From positions 40,756 to 104,755 of IMG/VR virus record IMGVR_UViG_3300026176_000228: a stretch of 64,000 nucleotides of DNA. One strand, written 5' to 3'. The notes under the pieces are model-generated. The model had not been told where the DNA came from, made no database searches, and saw nothing but the letters and a program-made list of their open reading frames with translations. Origin of the DNA: a virus. Taxonomy: Duplodnaviria; Caudoviricetes. Position 1 is the first letter of the stretch. Every line of letters begins with the position of its first letter. Below, piece after piece: positions 46,341 to 56,023 of this stretch. The position numbers and the translations under genes are program-made.

Positions 46341-49172
46341 TTACTGTTTCCAGCGTGAAGTTCTAGGTGGCCTGCTAACTGTCCAGCGTGACTTAGCCAG
46401 GCCACCTTCCGCTTCTGTCTGCCCCAAGCGTTTGAGTTCATACATAGACTCATCTTCTAGCGCGCCAGTGGGCAGAGCAAAGGTCATCGCGAGACTATCC
46501 GCGGTATCTGGTGAACGCCCTAAACGCGCGCGAATATCATCCTTACTCTCTAGCAGAATCCGGCCATACATATCTGGCGCAAACTTGGGCATAATCAAAT
46601 CAGCTTGTAGACGCGGGTCATTCGGGATGGCAAGCTTGCCTTCGCGCAGTAGTTCACGTACTTTCCACCAACACTCCGCGCGCAGATTGGCAAAACGCTT
46701 CTTCTGTACGGCTGAGCGCGCGAAGTTGACCGCCACAACTGGTAAACCCATGACTCTGGCTCTGTCGGTTGCTCCCGCGCCTGATCCCACGTCATCAATA
46801 TAGACTTTACTGGCATGAAACTCACGCGTCTGCAACGCTAACCACTCAGTAATCTGCTGCGTATCCTGGCCGCGTAGCCGCGTGAGATGCGTCACCTGCA
46901 TACCCTGACGCACACATAATGAGTTATCATCGCCGTTGCGTGGCGCAGGGTCCAGGCCAATGACGACTTCACTGCCGCGTTCGTTTAGCACGCGTTCCTG
47001 TGCGGCAAGCACCCAACTGAGTTTGATAAGCTGGTCCTCAGCCTGCTCAGGTGGGATACCCAAAACCTTAGCCTGGAAGATGGGCATCGGTTCGTAATAT
47101 TTATCAATCCAGGGCAGATGCACCGCGTTGGGTGTACCCGGCGCAACTTCAGTCGCCCATTCCTTAGCGCGTTCTTCCACCCAAGAGCGCGTGACCGCAC
47201 CAGGAATAACCTCGTGCCCCTCTTTGACATTGGGATGGTCAAAAGCGGAGATACGAATATGGTGCCAGGATGGATTCAGGGTCGCGTCATAAAATGGCCC
47301 CGCTTGTTCAACGGGGTTGCCAATCGCGAGGATGCGGCACTGGTCGCCTACTGCGAGGCCATTGACGCTATCCCAAATGGCTTTTGGTAAACCCGCAGCT
47401 TCATCCATAATGACCAGCATACGCGGGCCGTGGAAGCCTTGTAGAGTTGAGATAGTATCGCCATCGCGTCCGGTGTCTTTTTTAGGTGAAAGACCAATGG
47501 CATAATGGTCGGAAGCGATTTCCCAACGGGGTGTCTCAAAGACTTGACCGGGTAAGTTAGCCTTACGCGCCGCGGTACGCATATACCGCCAGATGATGTT
47601 GGCAACCTGATTGAAGGTATTGCCACTCCAGATGTATTTGCCATTACGCCTGACTAACACGATACCAGATGGCACTGAAACACAGTATACGTAACCGGAA
47701 TATGGTTGCTTGTACCAACCAGGACATAAATTAGTTCTATTTTGATGCTTTATCCGATTTATGGCAACTGGAAATTCACCACGTTTTTTCCAGAAACCAA
47801 CTTGGTACATGTCTTGATTTTTATAGACATGCCCATTGACTGCTGTATCAAGTACAGTATGATTCACATTGGCTATGATGCCACATTTCAAAGCCAATAC
47901 CTGTAAATCACCAGCTAATTCACGGTTGCAGGAATAGAGACGCGTGCTGCCATTCTTATCCGTACCACCATCGCCCATTTCAAAACCGCGCAAGAACGCT
48001 TTGATAATAGGCGTTTCAGCATTACTAATAATATCTGGCACGCGCTTGGTATGAGAGTTACCGTACACCACGAATTCGGTTGCCATTTCCAGGCTATTGA
48101 TAGTATAGTCATAGCAACCAGGATTTTGATGTTTTTCTTGCTTTTTAGCTCTTTTCTCCAATCCAACTCTCTCTAGTAAATCTTCGATGTATTGGGTATT
48201 TCTACCTGTTACCGTAACGCGATAATGCCTTCTAACTGGTTCTACCTGAGCATAACCTTCGGCAAACCAGAAACCTAAGAACTCAGCCCAATTTTCATCA
48301 ATACCAGTATCTTCACCTTGCCAACCAGCTATTTTTCTAAATCTACCGTTTTTGCCATAAATTTCACTGGCAGCATAAACATCATTTCTGAATTCTTTGC
48401 GCCAGATAGTTCTATCAAAGAGACAGCGATGGTTAGGCGTAACCAGGAAATCAACTAGCTGACTCTTGAATCCAATCATTTCTCCTTCATATGGAAATTC
48501 CACTATGCCAGTGGGCTGTACGTACTCTAGATTGTCATTATTTAGTTGCGCTACCTTATCAGTTATAGATAAATCTTTGAATAATTTCCAACCTGAATCG
48601 GTTAGAATTTCAGTTTGATCATCATAGCAAGGAGCAACCGTAATAACGATAGATGGACTATGAACCGTGAGAAACCAGCACGCGAGCGCACTAGCTGACA
48701 CGCTTTTACCCGTTCCGAAGGAACTCTCTACCACGGTGTTGTGGTTCTTCTCAACTGAGTGACAAATCTCAGCCAGTTTATCCCACATCGCATACCCCAG
48801 GGTATCGCGCATGAACTCAACCGGGTCAGTGGGAAAACCCTTACTTTCAGTCTGCTCTTGATAACCCGCGATACCCTGCTGCCAATCGGGAGTAGACTGT
48901 AATAGTTGCGCAATCGTCTCCGCGGGCAGAAAAGGCATGAGTTTGAGTAAATCTTCCTGCGAGGCATTTTTCTTCTTGTTACGACCCGCGTTAGTCGCGA
49001 CCTTCTCCGTCACCGGCGCAGCCACATGCGCAGATACTTTCTGCGCTTCAGCGACTTGTGCCGCTTTAGCCGCGCGGACTTGATCGCGCGCGAGAGCTTT
49101 CTTTTCTAGCAGCGTAGGTAACGGGGTGCCATCCTCTGCTACAGTCTTACGGGGTGGACTAGCGCGTTTCAT
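46341..49172 (-). CDS. terL: Terminase large subunit containing an intein
   Basis: Walker A GTGKS, DEAAG, IGNP, GLDP, DD, SPD.AD; likely start MKRASPP. Confidence 0.9.
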   Translation of the reverse strand: MKRASPPRKTVAEDGTPLPTLLEKKALARDQVRAAKAAQVAEAQKVSAHVAAPVTEKVATNAGRNKKKNASQEDLLKLMPFLPAETIAQLLQSTPDWQQGIAGYQEQTESKGFPTDPVEFMRDTLGYAMWDKLAEICHSVEKNHNTVVESSFGTGKSVSASALACWFLTVHSPSIVITVAPCYDDQTEILTDSGWKLFKDLSITDKVAQLNNDNLEYVQPTGIVEFPYEGEMIGFKSQLVDFLVTPNHRCLFDRTIWRKEFRNDVYAASEIYGKNGRFRKIAGWQGEDTGIDENWAEFLGFWFAEGYAQVEPVRRHYRVTVTGRNTQYIEDLLERVGLEKRAKKQEKHQNPGCYDYTINSLEMATEFVVYGNSHTKRVPDIISNAETPIIKAFLRGFEMGDGGTDKNGSTRLYSCNRELAGDLQVLALKCGIIANVNHTVLDTAVNGHVYKNQDMYQVGFWKKRGEFPVAINRIKHQNRTNLCPGWYKQPYSGYVYCVSVPSGIVLVRRNGKYIWSGNTFNQVANIIWRYMRTAARKANLPGQVFETPRWEIASDHYAIGLSPKKDTGRDGDTISTLQGFHGPRMLVIMDEAAGLPKAIWDSVNGLAVGDQCRILAIGNPVEQAGPFYDATLNPSWHHIRISAFDHPNVKEGHEVIPGAVTRSWVEERAKEWATEVAPGTPNAVHLPWIDKYYEPMPIFQAKVLGIPPEQAEDQLIKLSWVLAAQERVLNERGSEVVIGLDPAPRNGDDNSLCVRQGMQVTHLTRLRGQDTQQITEWLALQTREFHASKVYIDDVGSGAGATDRARVMGLPVVAVNFARSAVQKKRFANLRAECWWKVRELLREGKLAIPNDPRLQADLIMPKFAPDMYGRILLESKDDIRARLGRSPDTADSLAMTFALPTGALEDESMYELKRLGQTEAEGGLAKSRWTVSRPPRTSRWKQ
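47619..48629 (-). mobile_element. Intein with LAGLIDADG homing endonuclease (337 aa)
   Basis: AP|CYDDQTEILT...VTPNH...FLGFWFAEG...FLRGFEMGDG...VRRNGKYIWSGN|T. Confidence 0.9.
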
Positions 49173-49767
49173 TAACCACCGTGTACTCACCCTCAATCGT
49201 CTCACTGTTTTGTAACAGACGTTTTTGGGTCATCAATTCAATGACTTGCAGGCGTTTGGCTTCCGGTAACGCAGCCAAGGCTTCTTGCACCTGCATCGCG
49301 GAGAGGTTGAAAATCTGTGGAATAGACTTAGCTTGCAGTTCTGACGCGATGCGCGCGAGGTTTGCAGCTTCGCCAGGTGAAAGTTCTAGGGCTTCATCAT
49401 CAATGTTGTCCAGGGCGCGGTTAGCCTTCTTACGTAACCGTGCACCGATTTCGTAATCCTGCTCACGCCATTCCCAATCACGCTCAGCCCAATTAACATA
49501 GCGACTTTTTAGTTCCGCAATATCTCTGGCTGCGGCGCGTTCAGCCCAGCGGTATTCATCGGCAGTGCGCGAGAAACTGGATGATACCTGCCCACCTTCA
49601 CGCGCGGTACCTTTAGTCCACTCACGCCAGGCTTTTCTGTAGGTGCGGTCGATGGGGCGTAAATTGGCATATACCAAAAACGCGGCATAGTCGCCCGCAG
49701 GTTCGCCTGCGGCCTCTTGCCATTCCCAAATCGGGTCGGTAAATTCAAGTTCTTCTCGTTGCGTCAT
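49159..49767 (-). CDS. Terminase small subunit-like protein
   Basis: WE...GE...Y.AF..Y, W.ERA.A.D; overlaps the terL start. Confidence 0.65.
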   Translation of the reverse strand: MTQREELEFTDPIWEWQEAAGEPAGDYAAFLVYANLRPIDRTYRKAWREWTKGTAREGGQVSSSFSRTADEYRWAERAAARDIAELKSRYVNWAERDWEWREQDYEIGARLRKKANRALDNIDDEALELSPGEAANLARIASELQAKSIPQIFNLSAMQVQEALAALPEAKRLQVIELMTQKRLLQNSETIEGEYTVVNETR

Positions 49768-50017
49768 TTCACTAATCTTATCTATAATCCTTTACAGGAG
49801 TTAGCAATGCTTTTTATTGTACGTCGCAAATCTATAGTTAAAGCCCTAGCTGCCTACTGTGGCGGTAACTGGACTTATGCGCCGGATATCCACCAATGGA
49901 TATGCGATGATGGTCGTTATGTTTGTCGCGTGGCTTGCTCGTTACACGATGACGTATGTAACTGTCAGCCGCGCTATTGTCTTTATAGTAATGACCAGAC
50001 CCCACAATGGATTTACT

Positions 50018-51088
50018 TTATTTTTGCGTGAGTCGTTCCATCACTTTCGCGGCCATCTCTAAATTATCGAAACCGGTCATGCTGTTTGTTTCAGCGTCGA
50101 AGATAATCGCAATCGCGGTACTGGTATTCGGTTTGGGATAACCGTTCTGGCGCGCATAACTGTCTACGCGCTTATAGGAACCACACAGACCCGCAATACC
50201 ATTACAGCCTGCCACGTTGAAGGTTCTGACGACGCCGCTGCGATGGGTATGCGCGCCCACACCCCACACAAAGTCCTGGTCAAAGCGCGCAGCCTTCTCA
50301 ATGCCATGGGTGTCATTGATTTCCGACCGCCCGCGCCAATTATGCCGCAAACGGCCTGCAAAATCAACCCCCTTGACGCGTAAGGTTACGCGACAGTCAT
50401 ACGCGTCATGCAGGATGGTCGGTGTAATGTCCTTGATGAGTTCGCGCTGCCAATTCATGCCCGTCATCAACATCGTCCAGAGGTCATGATTGCCATCCAC
50501 GGCTAACCGCCACTTAGGAGCCAATCTCTGCATGTACTGTTTGCCGAGAATGATTTCTTCTTGAATTGACATGGGGGTGTCAAAGCGAATGGCGCGCATC
50601 TTCTCCAGAATGAAATTGTCAAACATATCACCTACGGTCGCGACGATGGTCTGCGGCATCTCTGCGATAATATCCGCTTCCGTAAACGCGCGGGCTACAT
50701 CGGTGCCTGCGTTGCCAAAATGTTGGTCTGCAACATACACCACACAGGCGGGTGAAAAATCCAGAGTTACAATCTGGTCATGCCTGCGCGCGTCTAACTG
50801 ATTACTATACCGATACGCGCTGAGAGCCTTATCTAAAATAGCCTGTTCGTCCAAGGGTTCGTTGAGTGTCACCCCCTGGATACTAATATCTGGCGCAACC
50901 TCTTGAGTGACCTGTTGTGCCAGATAGGTATCGCGCGCCTGTTGCGCTTCCTCTAAGGTTTTATAAGTACCAAGATGGCGTCTATTGATGCGCAGACGAT
51001 AATTACCACTATCACGTCGTTCGATATGCCTAAGCGGTGCGTCCTGTAGGCCGCTGGCCGGTGCCATTGGTTGGGCTGGACTGGACAT
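50018..51088 (-). CDS. AP2-like DNA-binding domain fused to a calcineurin-like metallophosphoesterase
   Basis: HLGTYKTLEEAQQARD; DQH.G, GDMFD, GNHD, H, AHTH. Confidence 0.75.
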   Translation of the reverse strand: MSSPAQPMAPASGLQDAPLRHIERRDSGNYRLRINRRHLGTYKTLEEAQQARDTYLAQQVTQEVAPDISIQGVTLNEPLDEQAILDKALSAYRYSNQLDARRHDQIVTLDFSPACVVYVADQHFGNAGTDVARAFTEADIIAEMPQTIVATVGDMFDNFILEKMRAIRFDTPMSIQEEIILGKQYMQRLAPKWRLAVDGNHDLWTMLMTGMNWQRELIKDITPTILHDAYDCRVTLRVKGVDFAGRLRHNWRGRSEINDTHGIEKAARFDQDFVWGVGAHTHRSGVVRTFNVAGCNGIAGLCGSYKRVDSYARQNGYPKPNTSTAIAIIFDAETNSMTGFDNLEMAAKVMERLTQK

Positions 51089-52820
51089 TAGAATTAGACC
51101 TCGATGCAGCCGCGGTGCTCTGCGGGTTGATGGGTTGGTCAATAATAGTTTGGGCAGTCGGAAGATTAATTTCCGTGCCGGTTTCAGCCTCAATCGCGAG
51201 TTCCAATTGTTCAATTAGGGGGCCAAGGAATGCGACGAGTTGTTCATCAGTCATGGTTTCGTAGGTAGGCAATTCTTTAATCGCGAGCAGGACACGGCGC
51301 AGGACTAAGGCTGTGTCCATCGCGCTACGTACCGGGGCTTTGACTTTCTCGCCTTCTGGTTCTTTGTGTTCTGGTAGACGCGCCATTTGGCGCAGGTGGC
51401 GTTCCAGTTCAGGATCAGGGCTGATGACTTCGCGGCCCACCAACTGATTGACGAAGGTTGCGATAGTCGCGAGGTCAGGAATCCCTACTTCGGAGGGCTG
51501 GACTTTGGGCAGACCTGTGATATCAGGAAAAACGTTGTAGCGTAAGAGGCGTGGAATCGCGATGCGATTGATGACATCCGCGATCTTCTGGAGCCACGCG
51601 ATAATCGCGAGGACAAATAAATCATTTTGACTTCTGGCTAACGCATAACTACCAATGCGATCCATGCCGAGCATGATGAATTGCGCGAGCACTGAAAGAG
51701 CTTTACGTCGATCCAGACGTTCGATAATCGCACCGACATCATGCGCGCGAGCGCCCCCTGCGGAAAGGAGTTCAATGAGCATACCTTGACCTTCCGCGGC
51801 ATGGCCCATCTTAGGATGTGGCACGACGATCCCGGCCTGTTCATCGTTGCGCAGGTTGACAACTAAATCCTTAGCCAGTTCAAAGTCGGAGTTAGGGCCG
51901 GATGTGGTGCAGTCGTTACCGAGATAAACGACAGGGATACCCGCGAGGTCGCGTTCAACGCCAATACCTTCGATTTCCTGAAAATTCTTAGTAAAATAAT
52001 ATGCGGTGTACATGGCCCGATGGACTGGACGACCCCACGGCGTTCCAGCGGGAACGACTGTAGTACGAAAGATGAGTAAGCGTTCAATGGGAATAAATTG
52101 GGGACCATCGTCGGTCCATTGATTGATACCTTCAATGCCGCCTTGTTTATCGAGTACAAATTCATCACCGGAGACTAAGGTTTCCACGGGCCGCGGTGCC
52201 CACTTACGCCAACCAATGCGTCCGTCACTGTAATCTGAAGGACTGGCCCCTGGTACATCGGGTGGCTTGGGGCCAAGGCGTCGTTTGTAGACAATTTCCA
52301 GGGCCGTGACGCCTTGTTCCAGCATCAGTAGAATGTGGTCAAGCACATCGACCCACGGGCTGGACATATCAAAGAGTGCTTCCTGGACGAATTTGGCACA
52401 TGCCAAATCTGCTTCACTTTCGCTGACAGGCGCGACCCGCCAAGTAGCCTGCTTCAAAGAGTTCTCAATAGCAAAGAAGGTCGCGGCAATCACCGGATCA
52501 TTCAGGCGCATCTCGCGCAAGATTTTCCAACGTGAGCTAGAACCAATCGCGAGTTCGCGCAACGGTTCTTCATCATCTTGCAGCCAACGCGAATAACCGC
52601 TTTGACCTAACTCATTGAAATGCGGACGCTCGACCGGCGCAGTCGCGGCAGGCTGTGTTAGCATAGACTCAATGGCTTTGCGATCATAGCGGCGTTGATT
52701 GCCAGGGGTGCGCGCGGGCTTGAGTTTGCCATCGTTTTCCCAGCGCAAGAGACTACCGCGCGAGAAACCATAGAGTTGTTCGACTTGCGAGGCGGTGAGT
52801 AATTGTTCGGGTACAGGCAT
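51030..52820 (-). CDS. Portal protein (DUF935/Mu gp29-like) with N-terminal MerR-type HTH
   Basis: LLRWENDGKLKPARTPGNQRRY HTH; DGRIGWRK, GIGVERDLAGIP, LAQFIMLG...GSYAL portal motifs. Confidence 0.85.
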   Translation of the reverse strand: MPVPEQLLTASQVEQLYGFSRGSLLRWENDGKLKPARTPGNQRRYDRKAIESMLTQPAATAPVERPHFNELGQSGYSRWLQDDEEPLRELAIGSSSRWKILREMRLNDPVIAATFFAIENSLKQATWRVAPVSESEADLACAKFVQEALFDMSSPWVDVLDHILLMLEQGVTALEIVYKRRLGPKPPDVPGASPSDYSDGRIGWRKWAPRPVETLVSGDEFVLDKQGGIEGINQWTDDGPQFIPIERLLIFRTTVVPAGTPWGRPVHRAMYTAYYFTKNFQEIEGIGVERDLAGIPVVYLGNDCTTSGPNSDFELAKDLVVNLRNDEQAGIVVPHPKMGHAAEGQGMLIELLSAGGARAHDVGAIIERLDRRKALSVLAQFIMLGMDRIGSYALARSQNDLFVLAIIAWLQKIADVINRIAIPRLLRYNVFPDITGLPKVQPSEVGIPDLATIATFVNQLVGREVISPDPELERHLRQMARLPEHKEPEGEKVKAPVRSAMDTALVLRRVLLAIKELPTYETMTDEQLVAFLGPLIEQLELAIEAETGTEINLPTAQTIIDQPINPQSTAAASRSNSNVQSSPTNGTGQRPTGRTA

Positions 52821-52830
52821 GTGACCTCAT

Positions 52831-52865
52831 AACAAAAGCGGGAGAGGCATGACAACCTCTCCCGC
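52831..52865 (-). terminator. Terminator-like hairpin immediately upstream of the portal RBS
   Basis: GCGGGAGAGG/CCTCTCCCGC then TTTTGTT. Confidence 0.6.
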
Positions 52866-53032
52866 GGCAGACTAATCAGATGCGCTCAGATGTAAAATAG
52901 ATTGGGTCAGTTCCACTCTCCTTTCACTAGATCAACAGCGCAACGAAAGCAATTTGGTTTCAGATGCACCTCCTTAGTTAGCGGATAGCTCCATCAAGGT
53001 GGATGATTGAGCAAAGTGTACTATCCTGCTGT

Positions 53033-53062
53033 AGTATACTGTACGATTGCATGATTTGTCAA
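53033..53062 (-). promoter_or_regulatory. Sigma70-type promoter for the packaging operon
   Basis: TTGACA-N18-TATACT. Confidence 0.55.
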
Positions 53063-53096
53063 GAGGCTTTTAGGCTTGATTTAGAAAGGATTTACG

Positions 53097-53888
53097 ATGC
53101 GCCATACGCAGATGCATGACTGTGATTTATATGAAGCTAATTGTTTAGACCTGATGGCGACTATGGCAGACGAAAGTGTAGACTTGGCAGTAACCTCGCC
53201 GCCCTACTGGAATCAACGCAAGTACTCATACTGGCCGACTTACGCGGATTACATGACTGATGTGAAATTATGGGTCACTGAAGTTGCGCGGGTGCTGAAA
53301 CCAGGGCGACATTGTTTTTGGGTTATACCAGATAAACTGCCGTGGCCCCCGAAGGAGAATGGAACTGATGAAAGATTGTATCTGCCGATTTACGCGGACA
53401 CGGAGAGAATAACCGCGGAAGCTGGACTGGTATGTAAGTTTCCGATTGTGTGGTTGAAGTATCAAGCCGCGCAACGCATGTTTGGTTCTTATCCTTACCC
53501 ACCTACAATTATCCCTACACCCATGACAGAACGCATTTGTGTATGGCGTAAGCCCGGTAAACCAAATCTTACTCAAAAATCAAAAGAGAGTCGTATTTCA
53601 CTGGACGACTGGAAATTGCTTAGCAAGGATGTATGGCAATTTCGTGCGCCAGATAACAAAATTCATCCTGGCGAGTATCCAATTGAACTACCACGAAATT
53701 GTATCAAACTATGGTCATTTGTCGATGACCTTATCTTTGACCCTTTTATGGGTTCCGCGACTACCGCCCTAGCCTGCGCTGAACTAGGCCGCAGATTTAT
53801 CGGCAGTGAGTTGAGTACTGAATATTATGACATGGCTTGTAAAAGAGTCAAGTCGTATTACGATAATCAATTTGAACCATTGTTTTGA
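53097..53888 (+). CDS. DNA amino-methyltransferase (beta class, probably N4-C)
   Basis: TSPPY precedes DPFMGS; HP..YP. Confidence 0.88.
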   Translation: MRHTQMHDCDLYEANCLDLMATMADESVDLAVTSPPYWNQRKYSYWPTYADYMTDVKLWVTEVARVLKPGRHCFWVIPDKLPWPPKENGTDERLYLPIYADTERITAEAGLVCKFPIVWLKYQAAQRMFGSYPYPPTIIPTPMTERICVWRKPGKPNLTQKSKESRISLDDWKLLSKDVWQFRAPDNKIHPGEYPIELPRNCIKLWSFVDDLIFDPFMGSATTALACAELGRRFIGSELSTEYYDMACKRVKSYYDNQFEPLF

Positions 53889-53903
53889 GAAAGGATTTAT
53901 GCA

Positions 53904-54248
53904 ATGATTCACTTGCTATGCCCTAAAGATAAGGGTCTTCTTGGTCTTGTACCGACACCGGATGATGTGATTAGTTTGGGTTATCATTACTATGCGTGTG
54001 CAGAATGCGAAACAATCTATGCTGTCAATGAAAAGAGTTTGCGAATTTACAAGCAGCTTCCTAAACGCGCGATCTGGTATGAATTGTTTTATTATCAATG
54101 CCCTAACTGCTATCGCGTGTATCCAGAACGCCAAGCGCGCTATACGCCTAAGCCAGAAGATAAAGCCACGCGCGAACACTGGTTGATGGATGATATACCC
54201 TGCGCTAGTTGTGGTGGCGACGATGAAAGTTGGGTTCATTTACGATGA
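53904..54248 (+). CDS. Zinc-finger protein
   Basis: CAEC, CPNC, CASC. Confidence 0.55.
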   Translation: MIHLLCPKDKGLLGLVPTPDDVISLGYHYYACAECETIYAVNEKSLRIYKQLPKRAIWYELFYYQCPNCYRVYPERQARYTPKPEDKATREHWLMDDIPCASCGGDDESWVHLR

Positions 54249-54631
54249 ATGATTTTACCACTCTTCTACCGCGCCATCTCCAACTCGCGCAATGGGTTAG
54301 TTGTAAGTCCAACTATAAAATTCAAGTTGGCGCGGTCATCGTCAAGCACAGCAAGCCTGTCGCGGTGGGTTGGAATACCGTCATGTCGCATCCGCGCTGG
54401 GTTACTGAAAAGTGCGCTACGCGGCATGCCGAAATTGCCGCGTTTGTCTCAACTGAAACTTCTCTGAAAGGAGCCACTGTCTATGTGTATCGCGCACATC
54501 GCGATGGCACACCCGCTTTAGCGCGACCTTGTGCTAACTGCCAAGCTGTCCTCGCGCACGCGGGTGTGAGAAGTATGGTTTATTCGATAACTGAATATCC
54601 TTATTTTAGAAAGGAATTGTTGGATGGCTGA
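54245..54631 (+). CDS. Cytidine/dCMP deaminase-like protein
   Basis: HAE and RPCANC zinc motifs. Confidence 0.8.
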   Translation: MNDFTTLLPRHLQLAQWVSCKSNYKIQVGAVIVKHSKPVAVGWNTVMSHPRWVTEKCATRHAEIAAFVSTETSLKGATVYVYRAHRDGTPALARPCANCQAVLAHAGVRSMVYSITEYPYFRKELLDG

Positions 54632-54899
54632 AGTTTACAATATTCCGCTACGCTGTCCAGTCTGTGGCGCAGATGCACACGGGCAAGGTGTAGATGAAGA
54701 TAATCGCTTCATCTCTGAAACCGCTAACTGTCCTGTCAAGCATTGGGGCATTGATTTTACACCGGGCAACTACCGCGTCTGTGTCAGTAGTCAGACCTGG
54801 ACCTGGAATCACCAGACTTACCGCGAAGATTGTCGTAGGATTCAGAACGAGATAGCCGACGCGATTGGTCAACTTAGAAAGGAGTTAGGTTATGACTGA
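54624..54899 (+). CDS. Zn-ribbon paralogue 1
   Basis: CPVC...CPVKHW. Confidence 0.6.
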   Translation: MAEVYNIPLRCPVCGADAHGQGVDEDNRFISETANCPVKHWGIDFTPGNYRVCVSSQTWTWNHQTYREDCRRIQNEIADAIGQLRKELGYD

Positions 54900-55140
54900 T
54901 TACACCCTGCACTGTCCGGTTTGCAATCAACAGCTTACCGGGCAGATTGATGCTGAAACCGAGGAAGCCCGCTGTCCTGAGGGGCATTGGGGTTTTGAAT
55001 ATGACCACGGTGTGTTCTTTGAGTTTGTTGGAGAACAGCAGTGGCACTGGTCTAAGGATACGCCTTACGATGAAGTTGACCTGATTGACAGTCAAATCAA
55101 CACAGCTATTCTAAACCTACAGGAGCAGTTAGATGCCTAA
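54892..55140 (+). CDS. Zn-ribbon paralogue 2
   Basis: CPVC...CPEGHWGFEYDHG. Confidence 0.6.
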   Translation: MTDYTLHCPVCNQQLTGQIDAETEEARCPEGHWGFEYDHGVFFEFVGEQQWHWSKDTPYDEVDLIDSQINTAILNLQEQLDA

Positions 55141-55402
55141 CCTACCTGATACTACTTGGGTGATGGCTTGTCCGGTCTGTGACGAGGAAGTTATCGGCAG
55201 AACTTGGCTGGAAGATAATAGTTCTGTTATAGAAAAAGTTTCCTGCACGACGGGGCATTGGAGTTTTGATTACGACCACGGTAATTTTACTGAACGCGTA
55301 GGCGAGCGCGTATGGCATTGGACAGACGACATATTGGATGCTGAATTAGTCGTGTTGGAAGATGAAATTGATGTCGCAATCTTGGCTCTCCAGCATGCCT
55401 GA
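55133..55402 (+). CDS. Zn-ribbon paralogue 3
   Basis: CPVC...CTTGHWSFDYDHG. Confidence 0.6.
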   Translation: MPNLPDTTWVMACPVCDEEVIGRTWLEDNSSVIEKVSCTTGHWSFDYDHGNFTERVGERVWHWTDDILDAELVVLEDEIDVAILALQHA

Positions 55403-55403
55403 T

Positions 55404-55481
55404 TTGGGATAAACCTTGTGATAAATTGGCATAAACTTGGGGATAAAATGCTTGACAAAGCCCATCCCAACCTGCTATAAT
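55404..55481 (+). promoter_or_regulatory. Four TTG(G)GATAAA-like direct repeats followed by a sigma70 promoter
   Basis: Repeats at 55404, 55416, 55426, 55438; TTGACA(55452)-N18-TATAAT. Confidence 0.65.
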
Positions 55482-55759
55482 AATAACAATAATATAATTG
55501 ACTGAAAGCTCAACCATGCTACCACGACCACTTAGTAATCTCGAAACGCCACATCAATTCGCAGGCTGGCTCCCACGTGTGGGCCGCGCCGAAGATGATA
55601 TCTGGTGCGGCTACTTAGAATTGGCTTGCGCCTCCATTGCCGCTTCCACGGTTGACGACCCTCTGGTGGGAGAGGTACAATGGATGGACCACTTTTTAGA
55701 TGCTGTCACAGAAACACCTGATTTTAGCGCGTGTTTCTTGGCGAAATGGAGGGAGACTC

Positions 55760-56023
55760 ATGTCACCACCGCGCCGCCCCGTGCGGCAAATGGCGAACAA
55801 GCTTCGCTATTTCAGGAAGGCTAAGGGTTGGTCGCAAACCAAACTGAGCCTGGAGAGCAATGTCGGACAAGACACGATCAGTCGGATCGAGAAACAAAAC
55901 TGGCTACCGGTAACTGTAACCTGTGAACGTTTAGCAGATGCCTTGGGTAAAAATGTACAGGACATTTGGCCGGAAATCCCACAACCCCAATTAGAGATGG
56001 AGTACACCAATGGACTGGTATAA
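55760..56023 (+). CDS. XRE-family HTH regulator
   Basis: LRYFRKAKGWSQTKLS...TISRIE...LADALG. Confidence 0.85.
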   Translation: MSPPRRPVRQMANKLRYFRKAKGWSQTKLSLESNVGQDTISRIEKQNWLPVTVTCERLADALGKNVQDIWPEIPQPQLEMEYTNGLV

